Shown: positions 28,935 to 39,136, counted from the first letter of the stretch. The stretch: DNA of 63,206 nucleotides from an uncultured Succinivibrionaceae bacterium (GCA_944390085.1 CALXOT010000129.1:1-63206), one strand, 5' to 3'. Made by a program: numbers and translations. The notes: generated by a model not told the origin, from the letters alone.

Positions 28935-30215
28935 ATGGCTTTGACGGTACAGGCCGTACGCGGTATGAATGATCTGCTGCCTGCAGATACAGCGCGCTGG
29001 CAGCAGGTGGAACAGGTTTTGCGCGAGACTGTGGCCTCCTTTGGCTACAGCGAGGTGCGCATGCCGCTGCTGGAGAAAACTAATTTATTTAGCCGCGCCA
29101 TCGGTGAGGTCACTGACGTGGTGGAAAAGGAAATGTATACCTTTGAGGACAGATCAGGTGAGAGCCTGTCGCTGCGCCCTGAAGGGACGGCAGGCTGCGT
29201 GCGCGCCTGTCTGGAGCATAACCTCATTTACAATCAGGAACAGCGGCTGTGGTACATGGGACCGATGTTCCGCCATGAGCGTCCGCAAAAGGGACGTTAC
29301 CGTCAGTTCCATCAACTGGGGGTGGAAGTGTTTGGCCTGAACGGCCCTGATATCGATGCCGAGATTATTTTGTTGTCCCACGCCCTGTGGCAGCGTTTTG
29401 GTATTGCAGACCAGCTTTCCCTGCAGCTTAATACCTTGGGCAGCAATGCCGAGCGCCTTAAATACCGCGAGAGTCTGGTTAAATATTTGGAGCAGCATTT
29501 TGCCGATCTTGATGAGGACAGCAAGCGCCGCACCTATACCAATCCGCTGCGGGTACTGGACTCTAAGGATGAAAAAACCGCTGAGATCCTGAAGGAGTCG
29601 CCTAAACTTACTGATTTCCTGGGAGCTGAAAGTCGTGCTCATTTTGACGGTTTGTGCGATCTTTTAAGCAAGTGCGGGGTAAGCTTTGAGTTAAATTCAC
29701 GCCTGGTACGCGGTCTTGATTATTATAACCTGACCGTGTTTGAGTGGGTGACTGATGCCCTGGGAGCCCAGGGTACGGTCTGCGGCGGCGGACGTTATGA
29801 CGGCCTGGTGGAGCAATTAGGCGGTGCCCCGACTCCGGCAGTAGGCTTTGGCCTGGGGCTTGAGCGCCTGGTATTGCTGCTATCTGCCTTAGATAAGTTA
29901 AAGGACAGACGCCTTGCTGACATTTACCTGATGGGAGCAGGGGAAGGGGCGGCAGTGGCACAGGCGCAGCTTGCCCTGAAGTTAAGAAAAGATCTGCCTC
30001 ATGCTAAAATTATGAATCACTGTGGTGGCGGCAACTTCAAAAAGCAGTTCCGCCGTGCCGATAAATTGCAGGCCAGGGCTGCGGTGGTCCTGGGGGAAAG
30101 CGAGATTAAGAATGGCACCCTGACCATCAAGGATCTGCAGAATCAGGAAGGCTTGCAGCAGACTCTGCCTTATGGGCAGGCGCTGGATTTATTAAAGGCC
30201 ATGCTGCAGGCATAA
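28935..30215 (+). CDS. hisS: Histidine--tRNA ligase
   Basis: 426 aa with class II motifs ([37 protein letters not shown]). Confidence 0.95.
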   Translation: MALTVQAVRGMNDLLPADTARWQQVEQVLRETVASFGYSEVRMPLLEKTNLFSRAIGEVTDVVEKEMYTFEDRSGESLSLRPEGTAGCVRACLEHNLIYNQEQRLWYMGPMFRHERPQKGRYRQFHQLGVEVFGLNGPDIDAEIILLSHALWQRFGIADQLSLQLNTLGSNAERLKYRESLVKYLEQHFADLDEDSKRRTYTNPLRVLDSKDEKTAEILKESPKLTDFLGAESRAHFDGLCDLLSKCGVSFELNSRLVRGLDYYNLTVFEWVTDALGAQGTVCGGGRYDGLVEQLGGAPTPAVGFGLGLERLVLLLSALDKLKDRRLADIYLMGAGEGAAVAQAQLALKLRKDLPHAKIMNHCGGGNFKKQFRRADKLQARAAVVLGESEIKNGTLTIKDLQNQEGLQQTLPYGQALDLLKAMLQA

Positions 30216-30251
30216 TAAGATTTAAACCTACTGACAAGATACAGGTGACAC

Positions 30252-30929
30252 ATGGATGTTTTGACCGACGATCATGAGCGCGAAGAAGCGGTGCGCAAAT
30301 GGTGGCATGAGTACTGGAAACCCCTGACCCTGGGTGTGGTGATTGCTCTGGGTGGCTTGCTGGGCTGGAGACAGTATCAGGCCTATCAGTTAGAGCAGCA
30401 TCAACAGGACGCTTATGGAGTGTTTCAGATCCAGCTGCAATTGCAGCAGCAGGGCACAGCTGCACTGCCGCAGGCTGATGCCTACATGCAGGAGCATCAG
30501 GATGTGTTTGGGGCAGTGCTGGCGCTGGATACCGCTGCAGTGCAGATTCAGGCTCAGGATTATGCCGGGGCTCTGAAGTCAGTGAACTTTGCCAAGGAAC
30601 ATGGCGGTGAGCTGATTGCCCCTAGTGCAGCACTGACTGAGGCCAGGCTGCTTGCCCAGACCGGCAAGCGTGAGCAGGCTGACAGTATTTTATCTTCCCT
30701 GTTAAACGGTCCTTATGGTCCGGAGGCAGCTGAGGTACAAGGTGATATTGCTTTAAATGCCGGCGACAGGGCAGCTGCAAGGCAGCATTACCAGCAAGCC
30801 ATCGATCTGCTCAAGGCGCGTAAGGTGGATATTTCCCCGGTGCTGCAAATGAAGTTTGACAATGTAATTGCCGCAGGCGATGAACCTGCCTTCAGGCAGG
30901 CAGCAGCAGTAGCCGATCCCAAGGCTTAA
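30252..30929 (+). CDS. yfgM: YfgM-like ancillary SecYEG translocon subunit (TM + TPR-like)
   Basis: N-terminal EEAVRKWW...TM (LTLGVVIALGGLLGW), then a helical TPR-like domain. It occupies the conserved position between hisS and bamB. Confidence 0.7.
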   Translation: MDVLTDDHEREEAVRKWWHEYWKPLTLGVVIALGGLLGWRQYQAYQLEQHQQDAYGVFQIQLQLQQQGTAALPQADAYMQEHQDVFGAVLALDTAAVQIQAQDYAGALKSVNFAKEHGGELIAPSAALTEARLLAQTGKREQADSILSSLLNGPYGPEAAEVQGDIALNAGDRAAARQHYQQAIDLLKARKVDISPVLQMKFDNVIAAGDEPAFRQAAAVADPKA

Positions 30930-30950
30930 TCAGCTCAATAATAAGCTAAG

Positions 30951-30975
30951 GGCAGGAGCCTGTTCCTGCCTTTAC
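30951..30975 (+). terminator. Hairpin terminator after yfgM
   Basis: GGCAGGA (30951-30957) pairs with TCCTGCC (30964-30970), followed by TTT. Confidence 0.5.
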
Positions 30976-30989
30976 TTATCCTAAATCAC

Positions 30990-31039
30990 AAAGCCCCGCT
31001 TTTTTCCGGATCTCAAAGGAGCGGGGCTTTTGTCGTTTT
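30990..31039. terminator. Second, bidirectional-looking terminator hairpin in the yfgM-bamB spacer
   Basis: An 11-bp stem AAAGCCCCGCT (30990-31000) pairs with AGCGGGGCTTT (31020-31030), followed by TGTCGTTTT. Confidence 0.5.
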
Positions 31040-31158
31040 AAGCGCTTAGCTTTCGTGCTAGGATATGGCTGGAAGAGGCGCCGGTCTGGCTGCAGCCGCG
31101 CGCTCGCGGGAAATGCCGCTTGTTGATGCAGCGCCGCTGGTAAAGAAAACGGAAAATT

Positions 31159-32835
31159 ATGTTTAAACAATTTAAATTCTCCCTGGTCCTGCCGTTGAGC
31201 GCCGCCTTGCTGTGGGGTTGCTCTAGTGGCGAGGATCTGTATGCTCCGGCTGAGGTTCCTGAAATTGAAAACCGCTTTTCACCGGACACGCTGTGGTCTG
31301 ACAGCGTGGGGGGAGTGGGTGACTTTTACAGCTCGCTGTCCCCGGCCTTTGCTGCAGGTACTGTTTACGCAGCCGGACGTGACGGTGATGTTTATGCCAT
31401 CGAGTCAGCAGACGGCGACAAGATTTGGCACACTGATCTTGATGATGAAGACGAAAATGATGGCCGTCGTTCGGCCAGATTGTCAGGCGGGGTCTCGGCC
31501 TACGCCGGTAAGGTGGCTGTAGGCTCTGAAAATGGCTATATATACGTCCTGAATGCCATTGACGGCAGTTTGTTGTGGAAGGCTTATGTGGGCTCGGAGG
31601 TAGTGAGCAAGCCGGCTTTTTCTCGCAGTGCTGATAAGGTTTTTGTTTATGACAGCCGGGGCAGGCTTACCGCTTTTGATCTTACAGCTGGCAAGGAGCT
31701 GTGGGTTTCAGGTGAGTCCACCTCAGGGCTGCGCCTGCGCTCGCAGGCCGATCCGATTGCGGTGGGGGATGAGTATGTGGTACTGGGCCAGTCCTCCGGA
31801 CGCATCAGTGTGATCGCACAGGACAGCGGTGCCATCGTCAATCAGATAACAGTATCTGAAAGTGGCGGAGCCAACAGCCTCGAACGTATCCGCGATGTAT
31901 CTTCCACACCGCTGTTACTGGGCGATACCCTGTATACCACTTCCTACAACGGCGGTTATGCTGCCTATTCCTTTGCGCTGCAAAACTTTGTCACCCGCCT
32001 GGGCTATAACAGTTCCAAGGCTCCGGCCTTAGATGACAGCTCCCTGGTCATCGTGGAGGATGACGGACATGTGGTGTGCATTAACCGCGCCGATAACTCT
32101 GAACGCTGGTCAGTGAATAACCTGTATTACCGCAATCTTTGTGCGCCGGTAATTTACGGTGATTACGTGGTAGTGGGTGATTTTGAAGGCTATCTCTATT
32201 TCATCAGCCTGGCCAACGGTAGCATTGACTGTATCTATGATCTGGACAGCTCCGGTATCTATACCGCCCCGTTGCAGGCGGACGGGCATCTATATGTGCA
32301 AAGTCGCGATGGCTCACTGTACTGTTTGCATTACGATCCGCGCGGCAGTGCCCGTGCCAAGGAGCTGGCTCTGCAGCAGGCTCAGGACTACGCCGGGGTT
32401 GGGGTTAGCCTGGCCCGTCCGGGAGTGGGGTCCACCGGTATCTATGCTCCTGATGATCTTAGTTATGAGGAGCTGATGGCGCGCCGGCAGAGCATTTTGC
32501 GCATGGCCGCAGCAGCTGAAGCCCAGCAGCGCGCGGTAGCCGCCCAGCGTCGTGCCTACGAACAGCGCCGTGCTGAATATGAAGCCCGCATGAAGGCCAT
32601 TGAGGAGGCTGAGCGCGAGCGGGTGTCAGGCTTTGGCCTGATGCCGGGCGTGAAGTCCGATGCTGCTGATACAGCAAGCCCGGTGCAGCCTGAGCCGCCG
32701 GCCCAGGACTCCGGCTCAGTGCAAGCTCCGGTTCCGGAGGCTGCGTCCAATAGTGCAGCACAGCAAGACAGCAAGGACACCGAGCCTTCAGATGCTGCCG
32801 GATCCCATGAGAAAGCAGCGGGCTTTGGCCTGTAG
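31159..32835 (+). CDS. bamB: Outer membrane protein assembly factor BamB (with long C-terminal extension)
   Basis: Lipobox LLWGCSS and a PQQ-like beta-propeller repeat pattern (G.VYA....G.L.A.D...G...W). It lies between yfgM and der. The last ~165 aa are a coiled-coil/low-complexity addition. Confidence 0.85.
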   Translation: MFKQFKFSLVLPLSAALLWGCSSGEDLYAPAEVPEIENRFSPDTLWSDSVGGVGDFYSSLSPAFAAGTVYAAGRDGDVYAIESADGDKIWHTDLDDEDENDGRRSARLSGGVSAYAGKVAVGSENGYIYVLNAIDGSLLWKAYVGSEVVSKPAFSRSADKVFVYDSRGRLTAFDLTAGKELWVSGESTSGLRLRSQADPIAVGDEYVVLGQSSGRISVIAQDSGAIVNQITVSESGGANSLERIRDVSSTPLLLGDTLYTTSYNGGYAAYSFALQNFVTRLGYNSSKAPALDDSSLVIVEDDGHVVCINRADNSERWSVNNLYYRNLCAPVIYGDYVVVGDFEGYLYFISLANGSIDCIYDLDSSGIYTAPLQADGHLYVQSRDGSLYCLHYDPRGSARAKELALQQAQDYAGVGVSLARPGVGSTGIYAPDDLSYEELMARRQSILRMAAAAEAQQRAVAAQRRAYEQRRAEYEARMKAIEEAERERVSGFGLMPGVKSDAADTASPVQPEPPAQDSGSVQAPVPEAASNSAAQQDSKDTEPSDAAGSHEKAAGFGL

Positions 32836-32870
32836 TTAAGCTAAAGGCTAAGTGAAAAAGAAAATTAGAT

Positions 32871-32898
32871 AAAGCCGGCATGCTGCCGGCTTTGTTTT
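32871..32898 (+). terminator. Rho-independent terminator after bamB
   Basis: AAAGCCGGCA pairs with TGCCGGCTTT, followed by GTTTT. Confidence 0.75.
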
Positions 32899-33050
32899 AG
32901 CTGTGCCCTGACGCGGCTTTTCTTTTTCCATGCGGAAAACCTGCCTTAACCGATATGGAAGGAAACACGCAGGAAAACACAGAAAACCAAGGAAACGTTA
33001 GGCCGTGCATAATAAATTCAGGGTTCGGCTGTTTAGTTTGACAGCAATAC

Positions 33051-33059
33051 TGTTATAAT
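33051..33059 (+). promoter_or_regulatory. Extended -10 promoter element upstream of der
   Basis: TGTTATAAT fits TGnTATAAT and lies about 108 nt upstream of the der ATG. There is no good -35 at 17-nt spacing. Confidence 0.35.
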
Positions 33060-33166
33060 TTGCCCGCATATTTTTCTAGCCAAAGCTGGGACAGTTTTGA
33101 GCCTTTTTCTCCGTTTTTCCCGGTTTTAACGGAACGCGTCTTTTGTAGTGAGAGCCTGATTTTCAT

Positions 33167-34909
33167 ATGAAAGTTATAGCCTTAGTGGGCTGCCCTAATG
33201 TTGGCAAATCCACCTTATTCAACCGCCTGACCAAGACCCGTGATGCCTTAGTGGCTGATTTCCCGGGGCTGACCCGGGATCGCAAATATGGCCGCGCCCT
33301 GTTTGACGGCCGTGAATACATCGTGATCGATACCGGTGGCATTGCAGATGATGCCGAGCAACCTGCTGATCTGACAGCCCGCATGACCGGACAGGCCCTG
33401 CAGGCCATCGCCGAGTGCGATCTGGTGATCTTTATGCTAGATGCCAAGGCTGGCTTAATGCCTGGCGATTATCAGGTGGCCGACTATATCCGTAAATCCG
33501 GCAAGCCCTGTGCGGTGGTGGCCAATAAGATTGACGGTCTGGATCCAGATTATGCCGGTTCTGACTTTTATGCCCTAGGTTTGGGTGAGGTGCATCAGAT
33601 AGCGGCAGCTCATGGCCGGGGCATCAATGTACTGATTGAGGATGTCATAGCTCCCATCCTGCGTGAAGAGGGGCCTTTGGATTCTGATCTGCCCCCTGCA
33701 GATGAAGAGGATGAGGAACAGGGAAGATCCCCTTTTGCCAAACCGGTTTCAGCCTGGGAACAGGGTTATGAGTTCCTCGATAATGTGCCTGCAGACAAGA
33801 CCGGGGGCGGCTTTGACTGGCATGCCTTCAGGGAAAAGCAGCGTGCTGACATCCAGCAGCGCCTGGGGCGCACTGCTGAGGGGGAAACGGCAGGGGAGAC
33901 TGCGGCCGCAGCTGATAAGGAAAGCTCGGTACCTTTTGCTGATCTGCCGGTAAAGTTTGCCCTGATAGGCAAGCCCAATGTCGGCAAATCGACCTTAACC
34001 AACCGCATGTTGGGTGAGGATCGGGTGGTGGTGGCTGATCTGCCGGGCACTACCCGTGACAGTATCTATATTCCGCTTGAACGCGATGACCGGCGCTATA
34101 TCGTGATAGATACCGCCGGCGTGCGCCGTCGCCGCAAGATTAACCTGGCGATTGAGAAGTTTTCTGTAGTCAAGACCTTAAAGGCCATTGAAGACTGTAA
34201 TGTGGCCATTTTAGTGATTGATGCCCATGAAGGTATTTCCGATCAGGATCTTTCGCTTTTAAGCTTCATCATCGATTCCGGACGCTCCCTGGTCATTGCC
34301 GTCAATAAATGGGATGGACTCAGTGCTGAATATAAGGATGAACTGCGCCGTGAGCTTGACCGCCGGCTGGGCTTTGTCGATTTTGCTCGGGTACATTTTA
34401 TCTCGGCGCTGCACGGTACCGGGGTGGGCAATCTGTTTGATTCCATTGATGAGGCCTATCAGTCGGCTACTACCCGCCACAGTTCCTCGACCTTAAACCG
34501 TATCCTGGCAGCTGCCGTGCAGGAGCATGAACCACCGGTATCAGGAGGCAGGCGCATCAAGCTTAAATATGCCCATGCCGGCGGCTATAATCCGCCACGA
34601 ATCGTGATCCATGGCAATAAGGTGTCTAAGATGCCGGATGCTTACCGGCGCTATCTGATCAACTGCTATCGTAAGTCCTTAAAGATCATGGGGACCCCGG
34701 TGATCCTGGAGTTCCGCGAAGGCAGCAATCCTTATGCGGATGAAAAACCGGCTCAGAAGAGGCTGACCCAGAGCAAGCTGCGCCAGCAGCGGCGTGATGC
34801 TGAAACCAAGCGCCGTTATGAGCGCGCAGCGCGCAAGCAGGAACGCAGCAAGGCGCGTGCCATTGCAGCTGGCAAACGTAGCGGGGCAGTGTTGCGCGGC
34901 AAGGCCTGA
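33167..34909 (+). CDS. der: Ribosome-associated GTPase Der/EngA
   Basis: Two GTPase domains with G1 motifs GCPNVGKST and GKPNVGKST, plus a KH-like C-terminal domain. It is collinear with E. coli Der but has a longer inter-domain linker and a basic ~60-aa tail. Confidence 0.95.
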   Translation: MKVIALVGCPNVGKSTLFNRLTKTRDALVADFPGLTRDRKYGRALFDGREYIVIDTGGIADDAEQPADLTARMTGQALQAIAECDLVIFMLDAKAGLMPGDYQVADYIRKSGKPCAVVANKIDGLDPDYAGSDFYALGLGEVHQIAAAHGRGINVLIEDVIAPILREEGPLDSDLPPADEEDEEQGRSPFAKPVSAWEQGYEFLDNVPADKTGGGFDWHAFREKQRADIQQRLGRTAEGETAGETAAAADKESSVPFADLPVKFALIGKPNVGKSTLTNRMLGEDRVVVADLPGTTRDSIYIPLERDDRRYIVIDTAGVRRRRKINLAIEKFSVVKTLKAIEDCNVAILVIDAHEGISDQDLSLLSFIIDSGRSLVIAVNKWDGLSAEYKDELRRELDRRLGFVDFARVHFISALHGTGVGNLFDSIDEAYQSATTRHSSSTLNRILAAAVQEHEPPVSGGRRIKLKYAHAGGYNPPRIVIHGNKVSKMPDAYRRYLINCYRKSLKIMGTPVILEFREGSNPYADEKPAQKRLTQSKLRQQRRDAETKRRYERAARKQERSKARAIAAGKRSGAVLRGKA

Positions 34910-34929
34910 AAACAAGCCAATTAAGGCCT

Positions 34930-34962
34930 CCCCCAGGTTGCGTCCAGCAGCTGTCCTGGGGG
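34930..34962. terminator. Shared hairpin between the convergent der and GGDEF genes
   Basis: CCCCCAGG (34930-34937) pairs with CCTGGGGG (34955-34962). There is no clear T-run on either side. Confidence 0.35.
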
Positions 34963-34971
34963 CAATACAGG

Positions 34972-36152
34972 TTAGTCTGAGAAATAGACCGTATTCTTGC
35001 CCTGAGCCTTGGCCTTGTAGACGCGCTCATCGGCAAGCTGTACCAGAGCCTGGTAGTCAGAGCGTTCATTGTTAAAGGCGATGCCGACAGCCGGGGCTCA
35101 GTATTATAGCGGTCAGCCAGCTCAGACAGCCCGTCTAAAATGCGCTGGGCGGTGTCACGTGCTCTGGCATATTCAAAGATGTCACACAGCACAAGCTCAA
35201 ACTCATCCCCGCCTACGCGGCCTGCCAGATCCCCTTCATTGCAGCAAGAGCGCAGCAGATCAGCTGCGCTACGCAGCAGGCTGTCACCGGTCTGATGTCC
35301 ATAGGTATCGTTGATGAGCTTGAAGTTGTCTAGATCAATAAACAGCAGGGCACTGCTGCCGCGCTCGCTGCGCTGCAGCATCTGTGTGGCTTTTTCGCGC
35401 AAGCCCTCATAGTTGAGCAGCCGGGGCAGGGCATCGGTGTAGGCTCGGGTCAGGGCTGCCTTCAGTTTCTCTGAGTATTCCTGATACTGCTGGTACATTT
35501 TAGTGACATCAGTACGTATAAGCAGGATCATGCGCTCGTCTTTGTTGCTGTAGCGGTATTCAAGCTTTTTGCGGGCATAGGTATCACCCTCAATTACCCC
35601 GGTGTAGAAAGAATGGATGCCATAAGTGTCCAGCTGATCGATGACCCGAGCTAAGATCATCTCGTAGATGGTCATCTCGCGGTCTTCTGGCACCACATAG
35701 GCGTCGGCATATTTGATGATTTCGGTGTCGTAGTCATAACAGATGGCAGGCGGCAACGGGGTGCCGTTGTCGGAGGCTGCGAAGGTGATGTAGGTGTTTT
35801 TACTGGCGTCTAAATAGATGAAGTAGTCAGCTGCCTGATAGATGAACAGATTGGCAATATCCTCCAGCATATCGGGCTTATGGATCTTTTTGAGCACGAT
35901 GTAAATAAGCGGTGCCTCAGCGTTCTTTTCGGCATACAGATCAAGACTGTAGCTGTAGTCAGGTTCAGTGCTTAACTCAAACTGATGCTGTTCGTGATCC
36001 TTTACTGAATAAAAATATTGCAGTGCCTGCAGTGACAGGGCGGTAAGAACCTGCGGGGTGTTGGCCAGCTTGCTTTTAAGTGCGGGATTGAGGTAGCTGT
36101 CGGCCGGGAAAATCCTGCCGTTTTCCAGTGGACTTAAAGCGTTGATCAGCAC
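34972..36152 (-). pseudogene. Diguanylate cyclase (GGDEF) gene interrupted by a 1-nt frameshift
   Basis: The upstream frame encodes ...LFIDLDNFKLINDTYGHQTGD...RVGGDEFELV...LADRYNTE. The GGDEF domain then continues only in another frame (AVGIAFNNERSDYQALVQLADERVYKAKAQGKNTVYFSD, stop at 34972-34974). The switch point is the GGGG run at 35093-35096. The span is 1181 nt, which is not a multiple of 3. The apparent start is a GTG with no SD. Confidence 0.75.
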
Positions 36153-36441
36153 TTCTACGCTGGAGTTTTGAGATTGACCCTGTAGCAGGCAAGGCAGAGC
36201 TGCTCTAAAAGCTTATAGATATCGGATGAGGGTGGCATCATGTTAGATATTAACCTCAGGACACAAGAGATAAATGTGCACTTAGCTGATTAAGAGGCAA
36301 GCATCCTTTATGCTGCTATTAATTATACGCTATCAGGCAAGGGATATTTGCCTGCTATTATTTGATCTTTGTTTGATTTTTACTTATGAGGTGCAGCCGC
36401 AGCATCAGGCTGCGGCTAGGGCAATTTAGCGGGATCTTGCT

Positions 36442-37593
36442 TTAACTTAAGGCAGCGAGCAGGGCATCTGCCTTATCTGTGGCCTCCCAGGGAAACTCAT
36501 CGCGGCCAAAATGCCCGTAGGTGGCGGTTGGTTTGTAGATCGGGCGCAGTAAATTGAGCATGCGGATAAGCCCGTAAGGACGCAGATCAAAGACCTCGTT
36601 TACTGCAGCGGCAATTTTTTCATCACTGTAGCGCTTGCCGGTGCCAAAGGTATTGACGCTCACTGACACCGGACGGGCCACGCCGATGGCATAGGATACC
36701 TGGATCTCAGCTTTTTTGGCCAGTCCTGCAGCTACGATATTCTTGGCAACATAACGTGCCGCATAGGCTGCAGAGCGATCGACCTTGGAGGGATCCTTGC
36801 CTGAGAAGGCACCACCGCCGTGGCGGGCTGCGCCACCGTAGGTATCGACAATGATCTTGCGTCCGGTAAGTCCGCAGTCACCCACTGGTCCACCGATAAC
36901 GAAACGGCCGGTCGGATTGATGAAGTATTTGGTTTTGGCATTTAGGTATTTGGCCGGTAGCACCCGTTTGATGATCTCCTCCATCACGCCCTCTTCGACG
37001 GTCTTAAGCGATACGTCAGGACTGTGCTGGGTGGAGAGCACCACAGTGTCTATACTCTCTATCCTGCCCTCATCATCATAGACGAAGGTGAGCTGGGACT
37101 TGGCATCCGGGCGCAGCCAGGGCAGCAGGCCAAGGCGGCGCGCCTCAGACTGGCGCCTTACTAGCAGGTGGGCATAATTTATTGCAGCTGGCATTAAGAC
37201 TGCAGTCTCAGAGCAGGCATAGCCAAACATCAGTCCCTGATCGCCGGCACCCTGATCCTCCGGGTTACCGCGATCGACGCCCTGATTGATATCAGGGGAC
37301 TGTTTGCCCAATGCATTTAAAAAGGCACAGTATTTGCCGTCAAATCCGACCTCAGTGCTGTTATAGCCGATTTCACAGACGGTGTGGCGTACCACCTGTT
37401 CTAGATCCACGTTGGCCTTGGTGGTGATTTCGCCGGCTAGCACTACCATGCCGGTTTTGACCAGGGTTTCGCAGGCTACGCGGGCGTTTTGATCCTGGGC
37501 GATGATAGCGTCAAGCACCGCGTCTGAAATTTGATCCGCGACCTTATCGGGGTGTCCTTCAGACACAGATTCAGAAGTAAAAAGTCTGGACAT
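36442..37593 (-). CDS. metK: S-adenosylmethionine synthetase
   Basis: [24 protein letters not shown]..., [22 protein letters not shown] start at 37593 gives 383 aa; the track start at 37680 is an extension. Confidence 0.95.
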   Translation of the reverse strand: MSRLFTSESVSEGHPDKVADQISDAVLDAIIAQDQNARVACETLVKTGMVVLAGEITTKANVDLEQVVRHTVCEIGYNSTEVGFDGKYCAFLNALGKQSPDINQGVDRGNPEDQGAGDQGLMFGYACSETAVLMPAAINYAHLLVRRQSEARRLGLLPWLRPDAKSQLTFVYDDEGRIESIDTVVLSTQHSPDVSLKTVEEGVMEEIIKRVLPAKYLNAKTKYFINPTGRFVIGGPVGDCGLTGRKIIVDTYGGAARHGGGAFSGKDPSKVDRSAAYAARYVAKNIVAAGLAKKAEIQVSYAIGVARPVSVSVNTFGTGKRYSDEKIAAAVNEVFDLRPYGLIRMLNLLRPIYKPTATYGHFGRDEFPWEATDKADALLAALS

Positions 37594-37651
37594 AATACTC
37601 CTACAAATGGGGGACTGGATGTTGCAACTATATTGGCTTGAGGGGACTATT

Positions 37652-37680
37652 ATTTTAGCGCAAGCGCCGTTTTTTCTCAA
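37652..37680 (-). promoter_or_regulatory. Candidate sigma70 promoter of metK
   Basis: On the minus strand: TTGAGA (37680-37675), N17, TAAAAT (37657-37652), about 60 nt upstream of the metK ATG. Confidence 0.4.
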
Positions 37681-37788
37681 TGAAACTTGATGCAGGCCAT
37701 AACAGTACTGGCGGATAAAGTTTATACTGGTGTTGTTTTGGAAGGGGCTGTTGTAGCACCAGATCTAATGCACACAGGAGATTTAGCA

Positions 37789-38664
37789 ATGCAGATTGAA
37801 AAGATAGCTTTTATCGGTGCGGGCGTGATGGGACACTCCATGATCACTAACCTGCTTAAGGCGGGTTTTAAGGTGACAGTATATAACCGTACCCGCGCCA
37901 AAGCTGAGGACTTGGTGCCGCTGGGTGCTACATTGGCAGACTCCCCGGCACAGGCAGCTGCTGATGCAGACCTTGCTATTTCCATTGTCGGTTACCCTCA
38001 GGACGTACGTGAGACTTGGCTTGGGGAGAAGGGGCTGTTGCAAACCCTGCGGGCAGGGGCTTTGGGTCTTGATATGACCACCTCAGAGCCGGATCTGGCA
38101 AAGGAGATCAGTAAAAAGGCCGCCTTGCGCGGGGTACTGGCCGGTGATGCCCCGGTGACCGGTGGTGATGTCGGGGCGCGCAACGGTACCCTTACCATAC
38201 TCTTTGGCGGGGATGAACAGTTATTTGAGGCCGTAAAGCCGGTATGCGCAGCCATGGGCAAGAGCTTTACCCGTTTTGGCGGGCCAGGCGCCGGACAGTA
38301 TGCCAAGCTGTGCAATCAGATAGCCATTGCCGCCGGCATGATGGCGCTGTGCGAGTGCATCGTCAGTGCTGAAAAATTCGGGCTTGACCGGGAGCAGCTG
38401 ATCACCACCTTAAGTGCTGGGGCTGCAGGATCCTTCTCAATGTCAAGTTACGGGCCGCGTATCCTGAAGGGGGACTTCAAGCCTGGGTTTTATATCAAGC
38501 ATTTCATCAAGGATCTGAAGATTGCGCTGGATTGCGCCGCCAGGTGCTCCCTGCAGTTGCCGGGCACAGAGCTTGCGTTAAAGCTCTATCAGCAGCTGGC
38601 AGATGAGGGCAAGGGAGATTTAGGTACACAGGGGCTGTATCAGTATTATCTGCAGCACGCTTAA
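37789..38664 (+). CDS. NAD(P)-dependent beta-hydroxyacid dehydrogenase (MmsB/GarR/3-hydroxyisobutyrate dehydrogenase family)
   Basis: Rossmann motif IAFIGAGVMG, a DAPVTGG catalytic-region motif, and a 6PGDH-like C-terminal helical domain. The ATG at 37789 is preceded by AGGAG. Confidence 0.8.
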   Translation: MQIEKIAFIGAGVMGHSMITNLLKAGFKVTVYNRTRAKAEDLVPLGATLADSPAQAAADADLAISIVGYPQDVRETWLGEKGLLQTLRAGALGLDMTTSEPDLAKEISKKAALRGVLAGDAPVTGGDVGARNGTLTILFGGDEQLFEAVKPVCAAMGKSFTRFGGPGAGQYAKLCNQIAIAAGMMALCECIVSAEKFGLDREQLITTLSAGAAGSFSMSSYGPRILKGDFKPGFYIKHFIKDLKIALDCAARCSLQLPGTELALKLYQQLADEGKGDLGTQGLYQYYLQHA

Positions 38665-38762
38665 TTTACTGCAAGAAAGGGGAAAACGGCCGGAGTCATT
38701 CCGGCTGCTTTTCTCGTCTCGCAGGCTGTTCATTTCGCGCAGGAGCTGGGGAAAAAACTGAT

Positions 38763-38894
38763 TTTTGCAAACGTTTTCGCCCATTTTTGCTCTTAAGTAA
38801 AAAACAGTAAATTTTACAATTATTTCTTTTAAATCAAATAAATTTTTTGCAAACAAACGCAGCACCAGACAAGACTTTTCGCAAGTGTTTTGCG
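38763..38894. promoter_or_regulatory. Cluster of LacI/PurR/Cra-style operator-like sites upstream of tal
   Basis: TTGCAAACGTTTTCGC (38765-38780) has a perfect AAACGTTT core. The 10-mer TTTTGCAAAC repeats at 38763-38772 and 38845-38854. An inverted repeat CGCAA-N5-TTGCG lies at 38880-38894. The setting is a 470-nt AT-rich gap. Confidence 0.4.
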
Positions 38895-39136
38895 CAAATT
38901 CTGCTGAAATTTCGATCTACATCACTAAATAAGCGAATCCTTAGCGCCGGTGATGTGCTTTCATGTAAAATCCTAACAGTTACAGAAATGAAAATATGGT
39001 TTAACGCAGCGGCAGACTGATATCTACTGCCTCTGCGCCGGTTAAGAATCCGGCAGTTTTAAACTTAAAATTTGGGTGTTGGTGATTTCGTTTCTGTAAC
39101 CTGATATTTGTTATTTTTTATATTTAGGGAGTTAAC

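Noticed and set aside
34686-36152. The 488-aa minus-strand ORF that overlaps the 3' end of der.
   Set aside because: Only its first ~350 codons are meaningful (sensor + GGDEF). After the G4 run at 35093-35096 the translation is Arg/Pro/Cys-rich nonsense, while the true GGDEF C-terminus lies in another frame with a stop at 34972. The overlap with der is therefore a frameshift artefact, not a real overlapping gene.
37594-37788. Possible SAM riboswitch or MetJ boxes in the metK leader.
   Set aside because: The leader is only about 60-90 nt. I found neither AGACGTCT-type MetJ boxes nor SAM-I or SAM-II core elements, only a plausible sigma70 promoter.
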